The position numbers were made by a program, and so were the translations under genes. Shown one piece after another: positions 1-9,423 of a stretch of DNA of 40,000 nucleotides (within the stretch, counting starts at the first letter, position 1; every line of letters begins with the position of its first letter). Source of the DNA: Anaerovorax sp. IOR16 (GTDB taxonomy: Bacteria; Bacillota; Clostridia; Peptostreptococcales; Anaerovoracaceae); assembly GCF_017168145.1 (NCBI RefSeq), contig NZ_JADQTL010000009.1:1080799-1120798 (forward strand), read 5' to 3'. The notes below the pieces were generated by a model. It saw only the letters and a program-made list of their open reading frames with translations, did not search any database and was not told where the DNA came from.

Positions 1-165
1 CTTGTAATCACGGTCGTTCCCATTGTTGAAGCATTCATGTTGTTTTTTTATATCGCTTGCAATTTTATCAACACTATCATAGTTAATTGGAATATTATTA
101 CCCTTAAATTTTCTGCTGTTTTCTCCTGCAACAATTATACCCTCATTCACATTTTTAGTAGACAT
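1..165 (-). CDS. hypothetical protein (3' end cut by window edge)
   Basis: Frame is open to the window start. ATG at 165-163 is preceded by AGGAGA (complement of 171-176). Translates MSTKNVNEGIIVAGENSRKF... Confidence 0.5.
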   Translation of the reverse strand, partial: MSTKNVNEGIIVAGENSRKFKGNNIPINYDSVDKIASDIKKQHECFNNGNDRDYK

Positions 166-193
166 CTTAATCTCCTTTCAATTCACCATGAAA

Positions 194-475
194 TCATGCA
201 TTGATTTTAAATGATTCATTTAAATACCCAACTAATCCATCAATTATCATACATTTTTGTTTATTTCGTTCTCTTTGAATTTGATGCAATCCTGCTAATT
301 TTAATGCGATAGGTTTATACTTCTTATCTGCTTGTTCAGTAGTTAATGTATAATTCTCTAATGCAACACATATTCTATTCGCTCTTTTTTGTAAAAGTTT
401 AATTTCTATTTCAATTTGTTCATCGCTTGACCAGTTTTTATGCTGTTCCAAATAAGTTTCGAGTTTGATATTCAT
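194..475 (-). CDS. hypothetical protein
   Basis: ORF track 194..490. Start moved to the internal ATG (MNIKLETY...), which sits directly behind AAAGGAG; the track start is a TTG inside that SD. Confidence 0.6.
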   Translation of the reverse strand: MNIKLETYLEQHKNWSSDEQIEIEIKLLQKRANRICVALENYTLTTEQADKKYKPIALKLAGLHQIQRERNKQKCMIIDGLVGYLNESFKINA

Positions 476-490
476 TTTTACTCCTTTCAA

Positions 491-709
491 TCATAATTCT
501 ATCAGCCTTTTCCAATTGTCTTGTATTCTTGTCCATACCCCAATTTCACAATCATACATGCCGTACAAATTATGCTCTTCATAATAATCCAACATCTCTT
601 GAATCTGGTCAACTCTATCCTGACACATTTCATTAATTGTTTTTGGTTTATAATTTAAACTATTATAAACCTCGTCTAAATCAGGTGTTATCCCACCAAT
701 GCTAATCAT
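491..709 (-). CDS. hypothetical protein
   Basis: ORF track; GGAGTG SD-like sequence upstream of the ATG; co-directional tight packing. Confidence 0.6.
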   Translation of the reverse strand: MISIGGITPDLDEVYNSLNYKPKTINEMCQDRVDQIQEMLDYYEEHNLYGMYDCEIGVWTRIQDNWKRLIEL

Positions 710-832
710 ATAAACACTCCATTTCCATTACATAATTATACCATTTTTTTTAGAATAATAAAAATTATATATTACATACAAACACATCGCAGCAAATACA
801 GATTTTATTCTAATTCCACTATTTTAAGTTGT

Positions 833-979
833 TTAATATTCATTATTATTATCCTCTCTTGTTTCATCTTTTATTTCACTATAAAAATCAAAATTATCAA
901 CACTTGGAAAATTATATTCACATCCACTACACCATTTAGTATTCTTATTTTTACACTTATTACAATCTACTTCTTTCAT
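833..979 (-). CDS. small Cys-rich (CxxC...CxxC) protein, 48 aa
   Basis: Below the ORF-track cutoff. ATG at 979 is preceded by GGGAGG. Translates MKEVDCNKCKNKNTKWCSGCEYNF... Confidence 0.45.
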   Translation of the reverse strand: MKEVDCNKCKNKNTKWCSGCEYNFPSVDNFDFYSEIKDETREDNNNEY

Positions 980-980
980 T

Positions 981-1316
981 TTATATCCTCCCAATAATAT
1001 TTTTAACTCCTACAAAATTACTCCGTAAAACAAAAATTGTTCCTTTAGGTAAATATTTTTCACACTTTTTTAAATGTCTAACAAATTGTTTAATATTTGT
1101 AATATTACAGTTATCACTCATAGCATCTACATTTTTAGGAATATCGCTTGACTTGCACCATTTTTTTAAATCTTCAACCCACCAATAACTTACACCCCTA
1201 CAAAATACTCCACAAAATATAGGAAGTCTATGGTATTTATGATTATAATTTTTATTAAGTTTTTCACTACTACATTTATATCTATTACCCTTTTGTGTAT
1301 TATAAGTAATTTTCAT
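981..1316 (-). CDS. hypothetical protein
   Basis: ORF track; GAAGGAGA upstream of the ATG. Confidence 0.6.
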   Translation of the reverse strand: MKITYNTQKGNRYKCSSEKLNKNYNHKYHRLPIFCGVFCRGVSYWWVEDLKKWCKSSDIPKNVDAMSDNCNITNIKQFVRHLKKCEKYLPKGTIFVLRSNFVGVKNIIGRI

Positions 1317-1344
1317 TTCATTTCTCCTTCATAAAGTTTTATAT

Positions 1345-1530
1345 CTATAATTCCTCTATAGAATCAGCTCGTGCTTCGTTACATATATTTCCTACTTTCT
1401 CTTGTTGCATCTCTATAAATTTATCAATAGCTTTTTCTTCTGCTTCAGCTTCGTTGTCTGCATACACTATTATATTTCTCTGTCTATAAGTAGAAACAAA
1501 ACCACCTATTTCAACTTTGTATTTTGACAT
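1345..1530 (-). CDS. hypothetical protein
   Basis: ORF track; GGAGG upstream of the ATG. Confidence 0.6.
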   Translation of the reverse strand: MSKYKVEIGGFVSTYRQRNIIVYADNEAEAEEKAIDKFIEMQQEKVGNICNEARADSIEEL

Positions 1531-1570
1531 ATATTATCCTCCTAATTTTATATCAAATAAACCTTTTATA

Positions 1571-1876
1571 TTAATTTTTACGAAATTCACCTGCACACCA
1601 CATTTTAAATAGATTATGCCCCATTCTAATTTCTCTATTTGTTCTTTCGTTATCCCCTAACTTAATTTCAAACATATCATTATTCATTTCTCTTACAAAT
1701 ACTCTATATCCTAATTCAAACAGCCTTGTATTCAATAAACCCATTTGTGTAGTATAAATTTGAGTCTCACTATCAATTATAGCTATTTCTGTTTCATAGA
1801 ATCCATGTTTGAACTCACAAGCTAAATCCTCAATATCTTCTTCATCAGAGAAAAACACTATAAATTTATCTTCCAT
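1571..1876 (-). CDS. hypothetical protein
   Basis: ORF track 1571..1906 starts at a TTG with no SD. The internal ATG (MEDKFIVFF...) has AAGGGA upstream. Start uncertain. Confidence 0.5.
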   Translation of the reverse strand: MEDKFIVFFSDEEDIEDLACEFKHGFYETEIAIIDSETQIYTTQMGLLNTRLFELGYRVFVREMNNDMFEIKLGDNERTNREIRMGHNLFKMWCAGEFRKN

Positions 1877-1924
1877 ATCTTTAATTTCCCTTTCTATGTA
1901 TACCAAATATCGTTTTGATATATT

Positions 1925-2272
1925 TTACATAAACTGTTTCACTGATAAATTCAATTCAAATGTCATGCCACATCCATGTATACACAGAACTTCACAACCT
2001 GAAGGAATGGCTTTATCGGATTTTTCTATAGTTATCCAATAATCTAATTCCCAACCATTATCATCAAAATCAGCATTATCATATCCAAACTCTTTCATCA
2101 ATTCAAGTAGTGTATATGGTCTTAACTCAGTATCACTTAGTTCTATTGTAAATTCATCATTTGACATATTTTCTACATCTTCTATAGTTAAAGCTGACAT
2201 TTTATCAATAAATTCTTTAATATATGGCTTCCATTTTCTCTTTATATCTTCTGTTAATATCCATCTATTCAT
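1925..2272 (-). CDS. hypothetical protein
   Basis: ORF track 1925..2314. The internal ATG (MNRWILTED...) is preceded by AAAGGAAAG. Confidence 0.55.
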   Translation of the reverse strand: MNRWILTEDIKRKWKPYIKEFIDKMSALTIEDVENMSNDEFTIELSDTELRPYTLLELMKEFGYDNADFDDNGWELDYWITIEKSDKAIPSGCEVLCIHGCGMTFELNLSVKQFM

Positions 2273-2318
2273 AACACTTTCCTTTCTATATCTATTTAAA
2301 AACATCCATTTCATTGGT

Positions 2319-2861
2319 TTATTTCATATATTCAACGAACTTATCGCCATCATCATAAAACTCTCTTACCATGCTAAATACTAGACTTGCAGACATTCCA
2401 GAGTGTCCTTGTTTGTCGAATTTTTCTTTTGCTTCCTTAAAGTTATTTTCTTTTAACGAACATATAATATCTAACGTATTATCTAATTCCATCCCATGAT
2501 ATAAGTCATTTGCTCTAATAGGTACAATTTTATCCCAATACTCCCATTTATCTTCTGATAATATTTTTCTACCTTTATCTTTCCAATTTTCAATATATTG
2601 TGGTAAGGCTTCTTTAAATTCTTGTTCAGCTTTTTCTTGTTTTTCTCTTCTTTCTTTTTGCTCCAATTCAAACTGATTTTTAGTTTTACCTATAATTTCT
2701 AAATACGCACTATCCATACTTACTGTGTCTGAATATAGTACATGACCATTAAAAGTTCCACATGCTAATATACCTTGTCTCTTATAATACAATAATTCAT
2801 TTACAGCTTGTTCGATAGTATTTCCAATTATAAAATCTATTTCTTTATATTTCTTATTCAT
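2319..2861 (-). CDS. hypothetical protein
   Basis: ORF track 2319..2990. The internal ATG (MNKKYKEIDF...) is preceded by AAAGGAGAA. The longer version would overlap the upstream gene 2899..3126. Confidence 0.6.
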   Translation of the reverse strand: MNKKYKEIDFIIGNTIEQAVNELLYYKRQGILACGTFNGHVLYSDTVSMDSAYLEIIGKTKNQFELEQKERREKQEKAEQEFKEALPQYIENWKDKGRKILSEDKWEYWDKIVPIRANDLYHGMELDNTLDIICSLKENNFKEAKEKFDKQGHSGMSASLVFSMVREFYDDGDKFVEYMK

Positions 2862-2898
2862 CTTTATTTCTCCTTTAATTCTCTTTAAATCATTGATT

Positions 2899-3126
2899 TC
2901 ATACTCTCCAAATCGGCATTCGTAATATACTATCAACTGCATTTCCTCTTGCTTCTTCTCTCCTGTTAATAGGTTCTGATAAAGTTGCATTAGATATTGT
3001 ATATTGAGTCTCTGTTTGAATTGTAAAATCTTCTAATGCATCTAGTGTAACAATTCCTGCAATAATTACAGCTTCTTTTCCATTTATCATTTGACCAGTT
3101 TTTCTAATAAATACTTGCCCTTTCAT
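2899..3126 (-). CDS. hypothetical protein
   Basis: ORF track; AAAGGAAGAAG upstream of the ATG. Confidence 0.55.
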   Translation of the reverse strand: MKGQVFIRKTGQMINGKEAVIIAGIVTLDALEDFTIQTETQYTISNATLSEPINRREEARGNAVDSILRMPIWRV

Positions 3127-3165
3127 TTAACTTCTTCCTTTCCAATAACCTTTAAAAGACTTAAT

Positions 3166-3354
3166 TTAAAGCCAATGCCTATCACTATTATTTCTCCATA
3201 TGCTATCTATAGCCATATCTAACCCCTTCATAATCATTTTCTTTTCTTCATTAGTATATTTTTTACTGTTATTTATCTTTTGTTTTTGATTAAACAATGG
3301 AGTTAAAATTTGATTAAGCTTTGACTCCTTGAAGTTTTTATTTGAATATCTCAT
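3166..3354 (-). CDS. hypothetical protein
   Basis: ORF track; GAGGTG upstream of the ATG. Confidence 0.5.
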   Translation of the reverse strand: MRYSNKNFKESKLNQILTPLFNQKQKINNSKKYTNEEKKMIMKGLDMAIDSIWRNNSDRHWL

Positions 3355-3359
3355 TGCTA

Positions 3360-3557
3360 TTACACCTCGCTAAAACTTACTTTTTCTCTCTCATCATATA
3401 TTAACGTATAGCCATTTATATATTTCATAAACTGTTCTCTTTGTTTTATATTAGTCCATTCAATATGTTCTACTACTCCATCATTCATTTTTATATCTGC
3501 CATTGAAGTTTTTGTACTATCGTGATAAATTCTAATTGCCAGTGCATATGGTTTCAT
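3360..3557 (-). CDS. hypothetical protein
   Basis: ORF track; AGGGAGGAA upstream of the ATG. Confidence 0.55.
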   Translation of the reverse strand: MKPYALAIRIYHDSTKTSMADIKMNDGVVEHIEWTNIKQREQFMKYINGYTLIYDEREKVSFSEV

Positions 3558-3608
3558 ATTACATTTCCTCCCTATTTAATATTGTTATTCCTCAAATACC
3601 CATTTGAG

Positions 3609-3920
3609 TTATATCAACCAAACTAACAACTCTTTACTCATTTTTCTCAAAGCACCATTTGAGTTATTTTTGGCTATATACTTTAACATTGCTCTAATAT
3701 GTGCTATTTGATTGTTATTACTTGTGTAATCTGTTATGTCTTTCGGACTTATTTGTGCTAAATCCATATCATTTAGATACTCTAAGAAGTTTCCAAGCGT
3801 TTTCTTATATGTATAAACGCTATTCTTATTAGTGGAATTAGCTTCAAAGTATTCCATAAAGGAAGCAAAGTATAATTGGTTATTAAAATTCATCAAATAC
3901 TCTTTTGAGTTACGCCCCAT
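3609..3920 (-). CDS. small protein resembling the N-terminal SAM-like/core-binding domain of tyrosine recombinases
   Basis: ORF track; AAAGGAAG SD. The segment ...TYKKTLGNFLEYLNDMDLAQISPKDITDY... resembles the integrase N-terminal domain. No catalytic domain is present. Functional call is weak. Confidence 0.4.
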   Translation of the reverse strand: MGRNSKEYLMNFNNQLYFASFMEYFEANSTNKNSVYTYKKTLGNFLEYLNDMDLAQISPKDITDYTSNNNQIAHIRAMLKYIAKNNSNGALRKMSKELLVWLI

Positions 3921-3941
3921 ATTATCACTTCCTTTCTCTGT

Positions 3942-4187
3942 TTATCTCAAATACAAATTTGAGAAATAATCAGAATCAATCGTTAATTTTAAGCTATTAT
4001 ATTCTTCTTCTAATCTGTTTTTTAAATCATTTCTAACTTCTGATAACGCTGTTAATCTTGCTATCATTGTAACTATTGTTTCTTGAATTTCATCTTGAAA
4101 ATTATCATCAATCCATTTTTGTAATCGTTTAATTTCTTCATCAAGCTCTGTAATATACTTTATTACTTTTTCTCTCATATTCGGCAT
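3942..4187 (-). CDS. hypothetical protein (helical/coiled-coil-like)
   Basis: ORF track; GAGAGGAAAG upstream. Confidence 0.55.
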   Translation of the reverse strand: MPNMREKVIKYITELDEEIKRLQKWIDDNFQDEIQETIVTMIARLTALSEVRNDLKNRLEEEYNSLKLTIDSDYFSNLYLR

Positions 4188-4222
4188 TTTTCTTTCCTCT
4201 CATTCAACGTCAAATCTCCATT

Positions 4223-4465
4223 TTATAGGCTTTGATTAAAGGCATAAATCTTTATACCACCAATTTCTAAATAATGTTCTAAATCTGTTAAAATACTTCC
4301 TTCAGCATCAATTGTATACAATCTACCTTCTTCATCTTTTTTAACAGTTTCAATTCCATCATGTATACATTCTCTTGTCTCTTCCATCCATACACAACCA
4401 TCTTTTTCATATTCAACAAATACTTTTTGTCCTTTTTGCAAGTCACTATATTTTAATTCGTTCAT
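4223..4465 (-). CDS. hypothetical protein
   Basis: ORF track; GGAGG upstream. Confidence 0.55.
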   Translation of the reverse strand: MNELKYSDLQKGQKVFVEYEKDGCVWMEETRECIHDGIETVKKDEEGRLYTIDAEGSILTDLEHYLEIGGIKIYAFNQSL

Positions 4466-4513
4466 ATTAATACCTCCAATTTTTAATGAAATAGTTCTTT
4501 CAAGTTAATATTA

Positions 4514-4765
4514 TTAATTTATAAATAATAGTTCAGACTTGTCGTTAATCAAATTACCACTCATAACATTATTATGATTATCATATCCAATCCTTGATAA
4601 ATAAACTTTCATGTTTTCTATATGATTTTCTGTTATATGTTTAATTATTTCTTGTGACCTTTTTATCGCACTATCCTTTTTTACATAAGTATCAGCAGTC
4701 ATGCCACCTCGACTATTTTTAGTTACGATTCCATATAAGACATCATTATATATAATTTTTCTCAT
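4514..4765 (-). CDS. hypothetical protein
   Basis: ORF track 4514..4780. The internal ATG (MRKIIYND...) follows GGAGGGTGAG. Confidence 0.55.
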   Translation of the reverse strand: MRKIIYNDVLYGIVTKNSRGGMTADTYVKKDSAIKRSQEIIKHITENHIENMKVYLSRIGYDNHNNVMSGNLINDKSELLFIN

Positions 4766-4851
4766 TTTCTCACCCTCCACAAACGTTGAATTTTAACGTT
4801 CTATTTCACTAAATTTACCATAAAATTATACTTTTATGTTGTTATTTATTG

Positions 4852-5121
4852 TTATGCAGGAATACCACAACCGTCTTCAAATTCTTCTGCTGTTATTTCA
4901 AACCATTTTGACATATATTTATAATGTTCTTCATAAATACAGTTCATTTTGTCCCAATAATATTCATCCGTCATTGGAAACTTACTTTTTAAATGAGCAA
5001 TCATTTCATTATCTGTTGTGATAGGTTTTTCAGTCTTACAATAAAAAGTAAACTCATTAAAATAATCAGTTCTATTATCATCGTCACCGTAATAATAAAA
5101 CCATATTTCATAATATTTCAT
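4852..5121 (-). CDS. hypothetical protein
   Basis: ORF track 4852..5127 starts at a GTG inside the SD. The ATG at 5121 lies 7 nt after GGAGG. Confidence 0.55.
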   Translation of the reverse strand: MKYYEIWFYYYGDDDNRTDYFNEFTFYCKTEKPITTDNEMIAHLKSKFPMTDEYYWDKMNCIYEEHYKYMSKWFEITAEEFEDGCGIPA

Positions 5122-5149
5122 TTTCACACCTCCACATGAAAGTTACATT

Positions 5150-5455
5150 TCATATTCTTTTATATTCATTCATTAACCAACCAACACCTTTACTGTGGTT
5201 TTCATCAAACCAATACCAAATTTCTTCTCTATGTGTATTAATTGGAAAATATAAAAAATCATCTTCAATTTCTTCTGTCTCAGGATTCATAGGAATATCA
5301 CCAAAAATTTCCCAAAGTAATTCTAATTGTTTATCTGTATATTTTTCAGTTCCATCTAAATCTACAATACAATCGTTTCGTTCGCATACTGGGCAATGAG
5401 CAGATTCAGAATCAATATAAATATGTTCACACCAGTTACAACGTACTATATCCAT
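5150..5455 (-). CDS. zinc-ribbon-containing hypothetical protein
   Basis: ORF track; AAAGGAG SD; CNWCEH...CPVCERNDC cysteine pairs. Confidence 0.55.
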   Translation of the reverse strand: MDIVRCNWCEHIYIDSESAHCPVCERNDCIVDLDGTEKYTDKQLELLWEIFGDIPMNPETEEIEDDFLYFPINTHREEIWYWFDENHSKGVGWLMNEYKRI

Positions 5456-5486
5456 ATTTATAAACTCCTTTCAATATTATTATCTA

Positions 5487-5615
5487 TTAAACCAACCTTT
5501 CATAGCACATCAGTAAGTCTTCAAGTTCTCCATCGAAATTCTGTTTGCTTAAATCATTACCAATTGCTCGTATACGTTTTATAATTCCTCTTTTAATTGC
5601 TTCATAACTACTCAT
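5487..5615 (-). CDS. small hypothetical protein, 42 aa
   Basis: Below the track cutoff. ATG at 5615 is preceded by GAGGTGGG. Translates MSSYEAIKRGIIKRIRAIGNDL... Confidence 0.35.
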   Translation of the reverse strand: MSSYEAIKRGIIKRIRAIGNDLSKQNFDGELEDLLMCYERLV

Positions 5616-5695
5616 TTCGCCCACCTCATTCAATATATTATTTTTATTTTATTTATTATTATGTAATTAAAGCAAATCAAATGTTCATTTGCTTT

Positions 5696-5971
5696 TTATT
5701 TTTCTGCTAGAAGATTTTTCACTTGTTGCAATAGCTGAACAGCTTCTCCTTTTGATTCCAAATCACCGTCTTCAATTGATTCAATGATTCTGTCAATGCT
5801 ATTTTGATATTGTTTTGGGTAATATTTTTTAAATGTCACGCTTTCATTTTTAGCATCTAAAATAATTTCCAATGAATCATTGGTTTTAATTTGTAGAACC
5901 TTTCGAATTTCCGTTGGAATAACTATACGACCTACGTTATCTATCTTTCTCACAATTCCTGTTGTTTTCAT
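5696..5971 (-). CDS. AbrB/SpoVT-family DNA-binding protein (transition-state-regulator or antitoxin-like)
   Basis: N-terminus MKTTGIVRKIDNVGRIVIPTEIRKVL matches the swapped-hairpin AbrB motif (GRIVIPxEIR). AAAGGAGAA SD. Confidence 0.75.
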   Translation of the reverse strand: MKTTGIVRKIDNVGRIVIPTEIRKVLQIKTNDSLEIILDAKNESVTFKKYYPKQYQNSIDRIIESIEDGDLESKGEAVQLLQQVKNLLAEK

Positions 5972-6006
5972 ATGCTTTTCTCCTTTATCTTCATCAAATA
6001 ATCGTT

Positions 6007-6375
6007 TTATCGACTCTTAATATTTATTTCTAAATTCTTATTCATTAATCCATCAAATAAAATACTATACCCTTGCCCTTCATAAATTCCTGTTATATTA
6101 ATCATATATATTTCTTTTTCTGTAATATTGTTTTCGCTATCTTTTTCATAATTTATATTAGTATCTATCTTTATTCCTTTAAAAGTAAATCCATTCGGTA
6201 ATTCAATTTTTTCTCTATAATATCTGTTAGAAAATAATTTTATATCATTATTATACCCATCAAGAATATATTCTGCTGTTTCAAACTGTTTAATAAAATC
6301 ATTATCAAATTTATTTATAGCTTCTTCAATTTTAGCAAAATTTTTTGAACTTGAAGCACTAATTTTTATTCCCAT
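6007..6375 (-). CDS. hypothetical protein
   Basis: ORF track; GAAAGGA upstream. Confidence 0.55.
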   Translation of the reverse strand: MGIKISASSSKNFAKIEEAINKFDNDFIKQFETAEYILDGYNNDIKLFSNRYYREKIELPNGFTFKGIKIDTNINYEKDSENNITEKEIYMINITGIYEGQGYSILFDGLMNKNLEINIKSR

Positions 6376-6431
6376 TTTATTTACTCTATCCTTTCACAAT
6401 TTAGCATCAATTCAATATTTTATCTACTCTG

Positions 6432-6647
6432 TTATTTAATTGGATTCCCCATCATATCAAATTGTTTTTTACATATGTCACATTCTAAAAAATGTACTTT
6501 TGATATAGTTCCAACTCTTTCAGTTTTATTTACATGAGGACAACCATTTTTAATAATTTCTTGTTTTTCAATTTCTTTTTGATTTTCCTCTTGTATTATT
6601 TCAGCAAGTATTTCATCTGTAAGGTTTTCAAATTCTTGATTGCTCAT
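6432..6647 (-). CDS. small Cys-containing (CPH...CDIC) hypothetical protein
   Basis: ORF track; AGAAGG upstream. Confidence 0.55.
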   Translation of the reverse strand: MSNQEFENLTDEILAEIIQEENQKEIEKQEIIKNGCPHVNKTERVGTISKVHFLECDICKKQFDMMGNPIK

Positions 6648-6695
6648 TGCTGTTACCTTCTTTCTATCCCTATAAATCTACAATTTTATTCGTTG

Positions 6696-6860
6696 TTATT
6701 CTCCTAATCCTTCTTCCCAACCCCAGTCTGGGTCTATGGAAGCAATTCTGGCTTCTTCATAATCCATACCACAAATTTCAACTTTCCAATCTATCCATGA
6801 TTCTCTACTATCTTTCTTTCCTGTTTTCTGTAGATATTCTTTATAACTGTAATCCAACAT
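6696..6860 (-). CDS. small hypothetical protein, 54 aa
   Basis: Below the track cutoff. ATG at 6860 is preceded by GGAGGCG. Translates MLDYSYKEYLQKTGKKDSRESWIDW... It replaces the implausible plus-strand ORF 6647..6898. Confidence 0.45.
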   Translation of the reverse strand: MLDYSYKEYLQKTGKKDSRESWIDWKVEICGMDYEEARIASIDPDWGWEEGLGE

Positions 6861-6880
6861 CGTTTCGCCTCCTTTGGCTG

Positions 6881-7087
6881 TTATACCTCAATATTTAACA
6901 CATTATCTTGACAGTACACGTATTTGATTTCTGCATTCAAATATTCTTTTGAAATACCTTTGGATTTATCCTCAAACATACTACCTTCTGCTAATATATC
7001 GTAAGTTTCTGTATCGTCATCCCAATGTTTAATAGTAAAAGCACCTTGGATGATGATACTCTGTTCTAACAAGTCATTTATTGTCAT
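6881..7087 (-). CDS. hypothetical protein
   Basis: ORF track 6881..7141 starts at a TTG. The internal ATG (MTINDLLEQ...) follows AAAGGAG. Start uncertain. Confidence 0.5.
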   Translation of the reverse strand: MTINDLLEQSIIIQGAFTIKHWDDDTETYDILAEGSMFEDKSKGISKEYLNAEIKYVYCQDNVLNIEV

Positions 7088-7137
7088 AATGTTATACTCC
7101 TTTATATCTTCACATTTAAGTACAATATATTTTCTTA

Positions 7138-7800
7138 TCAACTCTTTTTTTCTTCTTCTGCTATATCTATTGGACAGATTTCTTGAACAGTACCACCTAC
7201 AGCCAATTTAAACCCTTCAAACTTTATTCTACCACTAAACAAGCCTCCGACTGTATTTTTCATTTCTTCTGTTACCAACACTTCGTTTTTTTTACTTATT
7301 GTATGCAAATACGAGTTCCAGTTACTGATATTTATCCAATCCCACCCTCTGTGCAATATATCACCATTGGGACATATACAAATAGATAACTGTAATGGGA
7401 TATCGAAAAATGGACATACATGGCATATCATACCACCATCTATATAGACTACATCGTCTTTGTTTTTTAAGTTGATAGGTATATCATCAATTATAATTAG
7501 TCTTTCATAATTCAATTCTTTCCCATCCTTGTCTAAATTGATGATACGTTTTAATATGCCACTTGCTGTATACATTTTCTTTGTTACTGTTATACTACTT
7601 ATTGCGTTTGAACGTATTTCTTCTTTTGTTATTTCCATATCGGGATTTAAAAAAGAATTTAAAAAATCAAATGGTGTCTCTTCATTGTCATAAACTCCGT
7701 TGTTAATATCATCTATGATTTTATCTTTTTCAAGTTTCGCAGTTTCATAATTATCGCAAGTTTTCACTGATTCTAAAAACTCAACACAATACTTTTCCAT
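7138..7800 (-). CDS. hypothetical protein
   Basis: ORF track; AAAGGAGAT SD. Confidence 0.6.
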   Translation of the reverse strand: MEKYCVEFLESVKTCDNYETAKLEKDKIIDDINNGVYDNEETPFDFLNSFLNPDMEITKEEIRSNAISSITVTKKMYTASGILKRIINLDKDGKELNYERLIIIDDIPINLKNKDDVVYIDGGMICHVCPFFDIPLQLSICICPNGDILHRGWDWINISNWNSYLHTISKKNEVLVTEEMKNTVGGLFSGRIKFEGFKLAVGGTVQEICPIDIAEEEKKS

Positions 7801-7811
7801 AATTATCTCCT

Positions 7812-8036
7812 TTAAAACATATATCCTTCTTCAAAAGTTGTATTATATCCTTTTTGGGATAACTCTCTTAAAACTGTGTCCATATCCTTTCGCTTGACTT
7901 CATTAACACAAACATTGTCATTATAGATTTTAACTTGAATCATGTTATTAATCGGTACAATCGTAGCATAAGAATGTTTGTTTGTGTTATGCTCTGCTTG
8001 ATAAGTGTTGGTTGCTAATTTGTTAACTTGTTTCAT
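7812..8036 (-). CDS. hypothetical protein
   Basis: ORF track; AAAGGAGAT SD. A sigma-70-like promoter lies just upstream on the minus strand (TTGATA ... TGTGATAAAAT, about 8085-8115). Confidence 0.55.
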   Translation of the reverse strand: MKQVNKLATNTYQAEHNTNKHSYATIVPINNMIQVKIYNDNVCVNEVKRKDMDTVLRELSQKGYNTTFEEGYMF

Positions 8037-8173
8037 TTTTTTAATCTCCTTTATACAAACAACGGATTTAAATTATCTCCAAAATAATTCTTTCCAACTC
8101 ATTTTATCACACCCTTTATCAATTTCCAATCTACATTATTTAATTGTAGCTTCGAAAATTTTTTGGCAAATCT

Positions 8174-8218
8174 TCTCACGCTTTTTGGCAAACTTTTCAT
8201 ATCTGCCATAGCGTGAGA
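8174..8218 (-). other. 8-bp inverted repeat (TCTCACGC / GCGTGAGA) flanked by GGCAAA/TTTGCC repeats, immediately 3' of the RT gene
   Basis: Read directly. Arms are at 8174-8181 and 8211-8218. TTTTGGCAAA occurs at 8161-8170 and 8184-8193, and an inverted TTTGCC at 8228-8233. Confidence 0.4.
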
Positions 8219-8257
8219 TTTTTAGTTTTTTGCCACTTAGTTTGAGATTATTGGTTC

Positions 8258-9343
8258 CTAGTTGTCCCTCCTGAATATAGTATCATTCAACAGCTTAGCC
8301 TTGAAGTTATAACTGTCAAAATGCTGCATGATACCAAGATATGACTGTACGGACTGGTTTATCTCTTCAAAGTCCTTAGAACCTTCCGAATAAGCTTTCT
8401 GAAGCATTTTAAACTTCCTCTTAATCTTCTTTAAGGTCTTTTTCTTTAGTTTTCTATGTGTAGCCCATACTCTAAAGCCTACAAACTCAATACCGCACGA
8501 TATGGGTCTTATAGCGGTCTTATTATTCAAGTCTAGGTCGAGAACTTCTTTTAAGAATACTTCAATATCGGTTTTAATCTCATGTAAGTATTTTTTATCA
8601 TCTGCCAGTATTATTATATCATCCATGTATCTTACATAGTAGTGTATTCCAAGCTTATGCTTAACATACTGGTCAAGCTCATTGAGATATATGTTAGCGA
8701 ATAGCTGAGAGGTTAAATTTCCTATCGGTATCCCTACATCAAAAAGCCTATCTTCTTCACTGCATTGGTCAGGCTCCATTCCAGCAGGAAGTCCAAAAGG
8801 AACATCTTCACTGTTTATAATCGTATCTAAAAGCCAAATAAGGTCTTCATCCTCAATCTTATTTTTCAGGATATCCAATAGTATTTTATGATTAATCCTG
8901 TAGAAATATTTTGATATATCCAGTTTTAAATAATAGTATTTCTGTGGCTTCCTGTTTACTTGCCTTAACCAATATTGAAGCCTATCAGCAGCCTTATGAG
9001 TACCTTTTCCAACTCTGCACCCATAACTATCATAAATGAATTGCTTGTCATATATCGGATATAAGACCCTGTATATAGCCCATTGGACAACTCTGTCCTT
9101 AAAGGGTAATGCCATTATTAACCGCTTTTTAGGGTCATAGACAAAGAATTCTCTATACCTACCAACCTCATAAGTCTTATATATTAATTCATTTTGAATC
9201 GTGATTAAATTCTCTTCAAGGTTTGTATTGAACTCCAGTACATCACGTCTGTATCGTTTGCCTTTCTTTGCTTCATTTGTTGCTATATAAAGATTTTCAA
9301 AGTCTATTATTTCAGAAAATATATTTCTTAGTTTTTTAGCCAT
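8258..9343 (-). CDS. DGR-type reverse transcriptase
   Basis: RT motifs are present: LDISKYF, GIPIGNLTSQLFANIYLNELD (the [I/L]GxxxSQ signature typical of DGR RTs) and YVRYMDDIIILADD. Start placed at the ATG (MAKKLRNIF...) behind GAGGAAG; the track start at 9397 has no SD. Confidence 0.9.
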   Translation of the reverse strand: MAKKLRNIFSEIIDFENLYIATNEAKKGKRYRRDVLEFNTNLEENLITIQNELIYKTYEVGRYREFFVYDPKKRLIMALPFKDRVVQWAIYRVLYPIYDKQFIYDSYGCRVGKGTHKAADRLQYWLRQVNRKPQKYYYLKLDISKYFYRINHKILLDILKNKIEDEDLIWLLDTIINSEDVPFGLPAGMEPDQCSEEDRLFDVGIPIGNLTSQLFANIYLNELDQYVKHKLGIHYYVRYMDDIIILADDKKYLHEIKTDIEVFLKEVLDLDLNNKTAIRPISCGIEFVGFRVWATHRKLKKKTLKKIKRKFKMLQKAYSEGSKDFEEINQSVQSYLGIMQHFDSYNFKAKLLNDTIFRRDN

Positions 9344-9423
9344 AAAGCACACTTCCTCATAATAATTAGTCATATGGCTATGTGTAGCACTTTTCATTTC
9401 TTACTTGGTGCTTCCATAGCAAT

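Noticed and set aside
8258-9397. The RT as a group II intron maturase or retron RT
   Set aside because: Motif 4 reads IGNLTSQ rather than the QG-type motif. There is no maturase X or endonuclease extension. I saw no domain V-like or msr/msd-like structures flanking it. It sits beside a CLec-fold gene.
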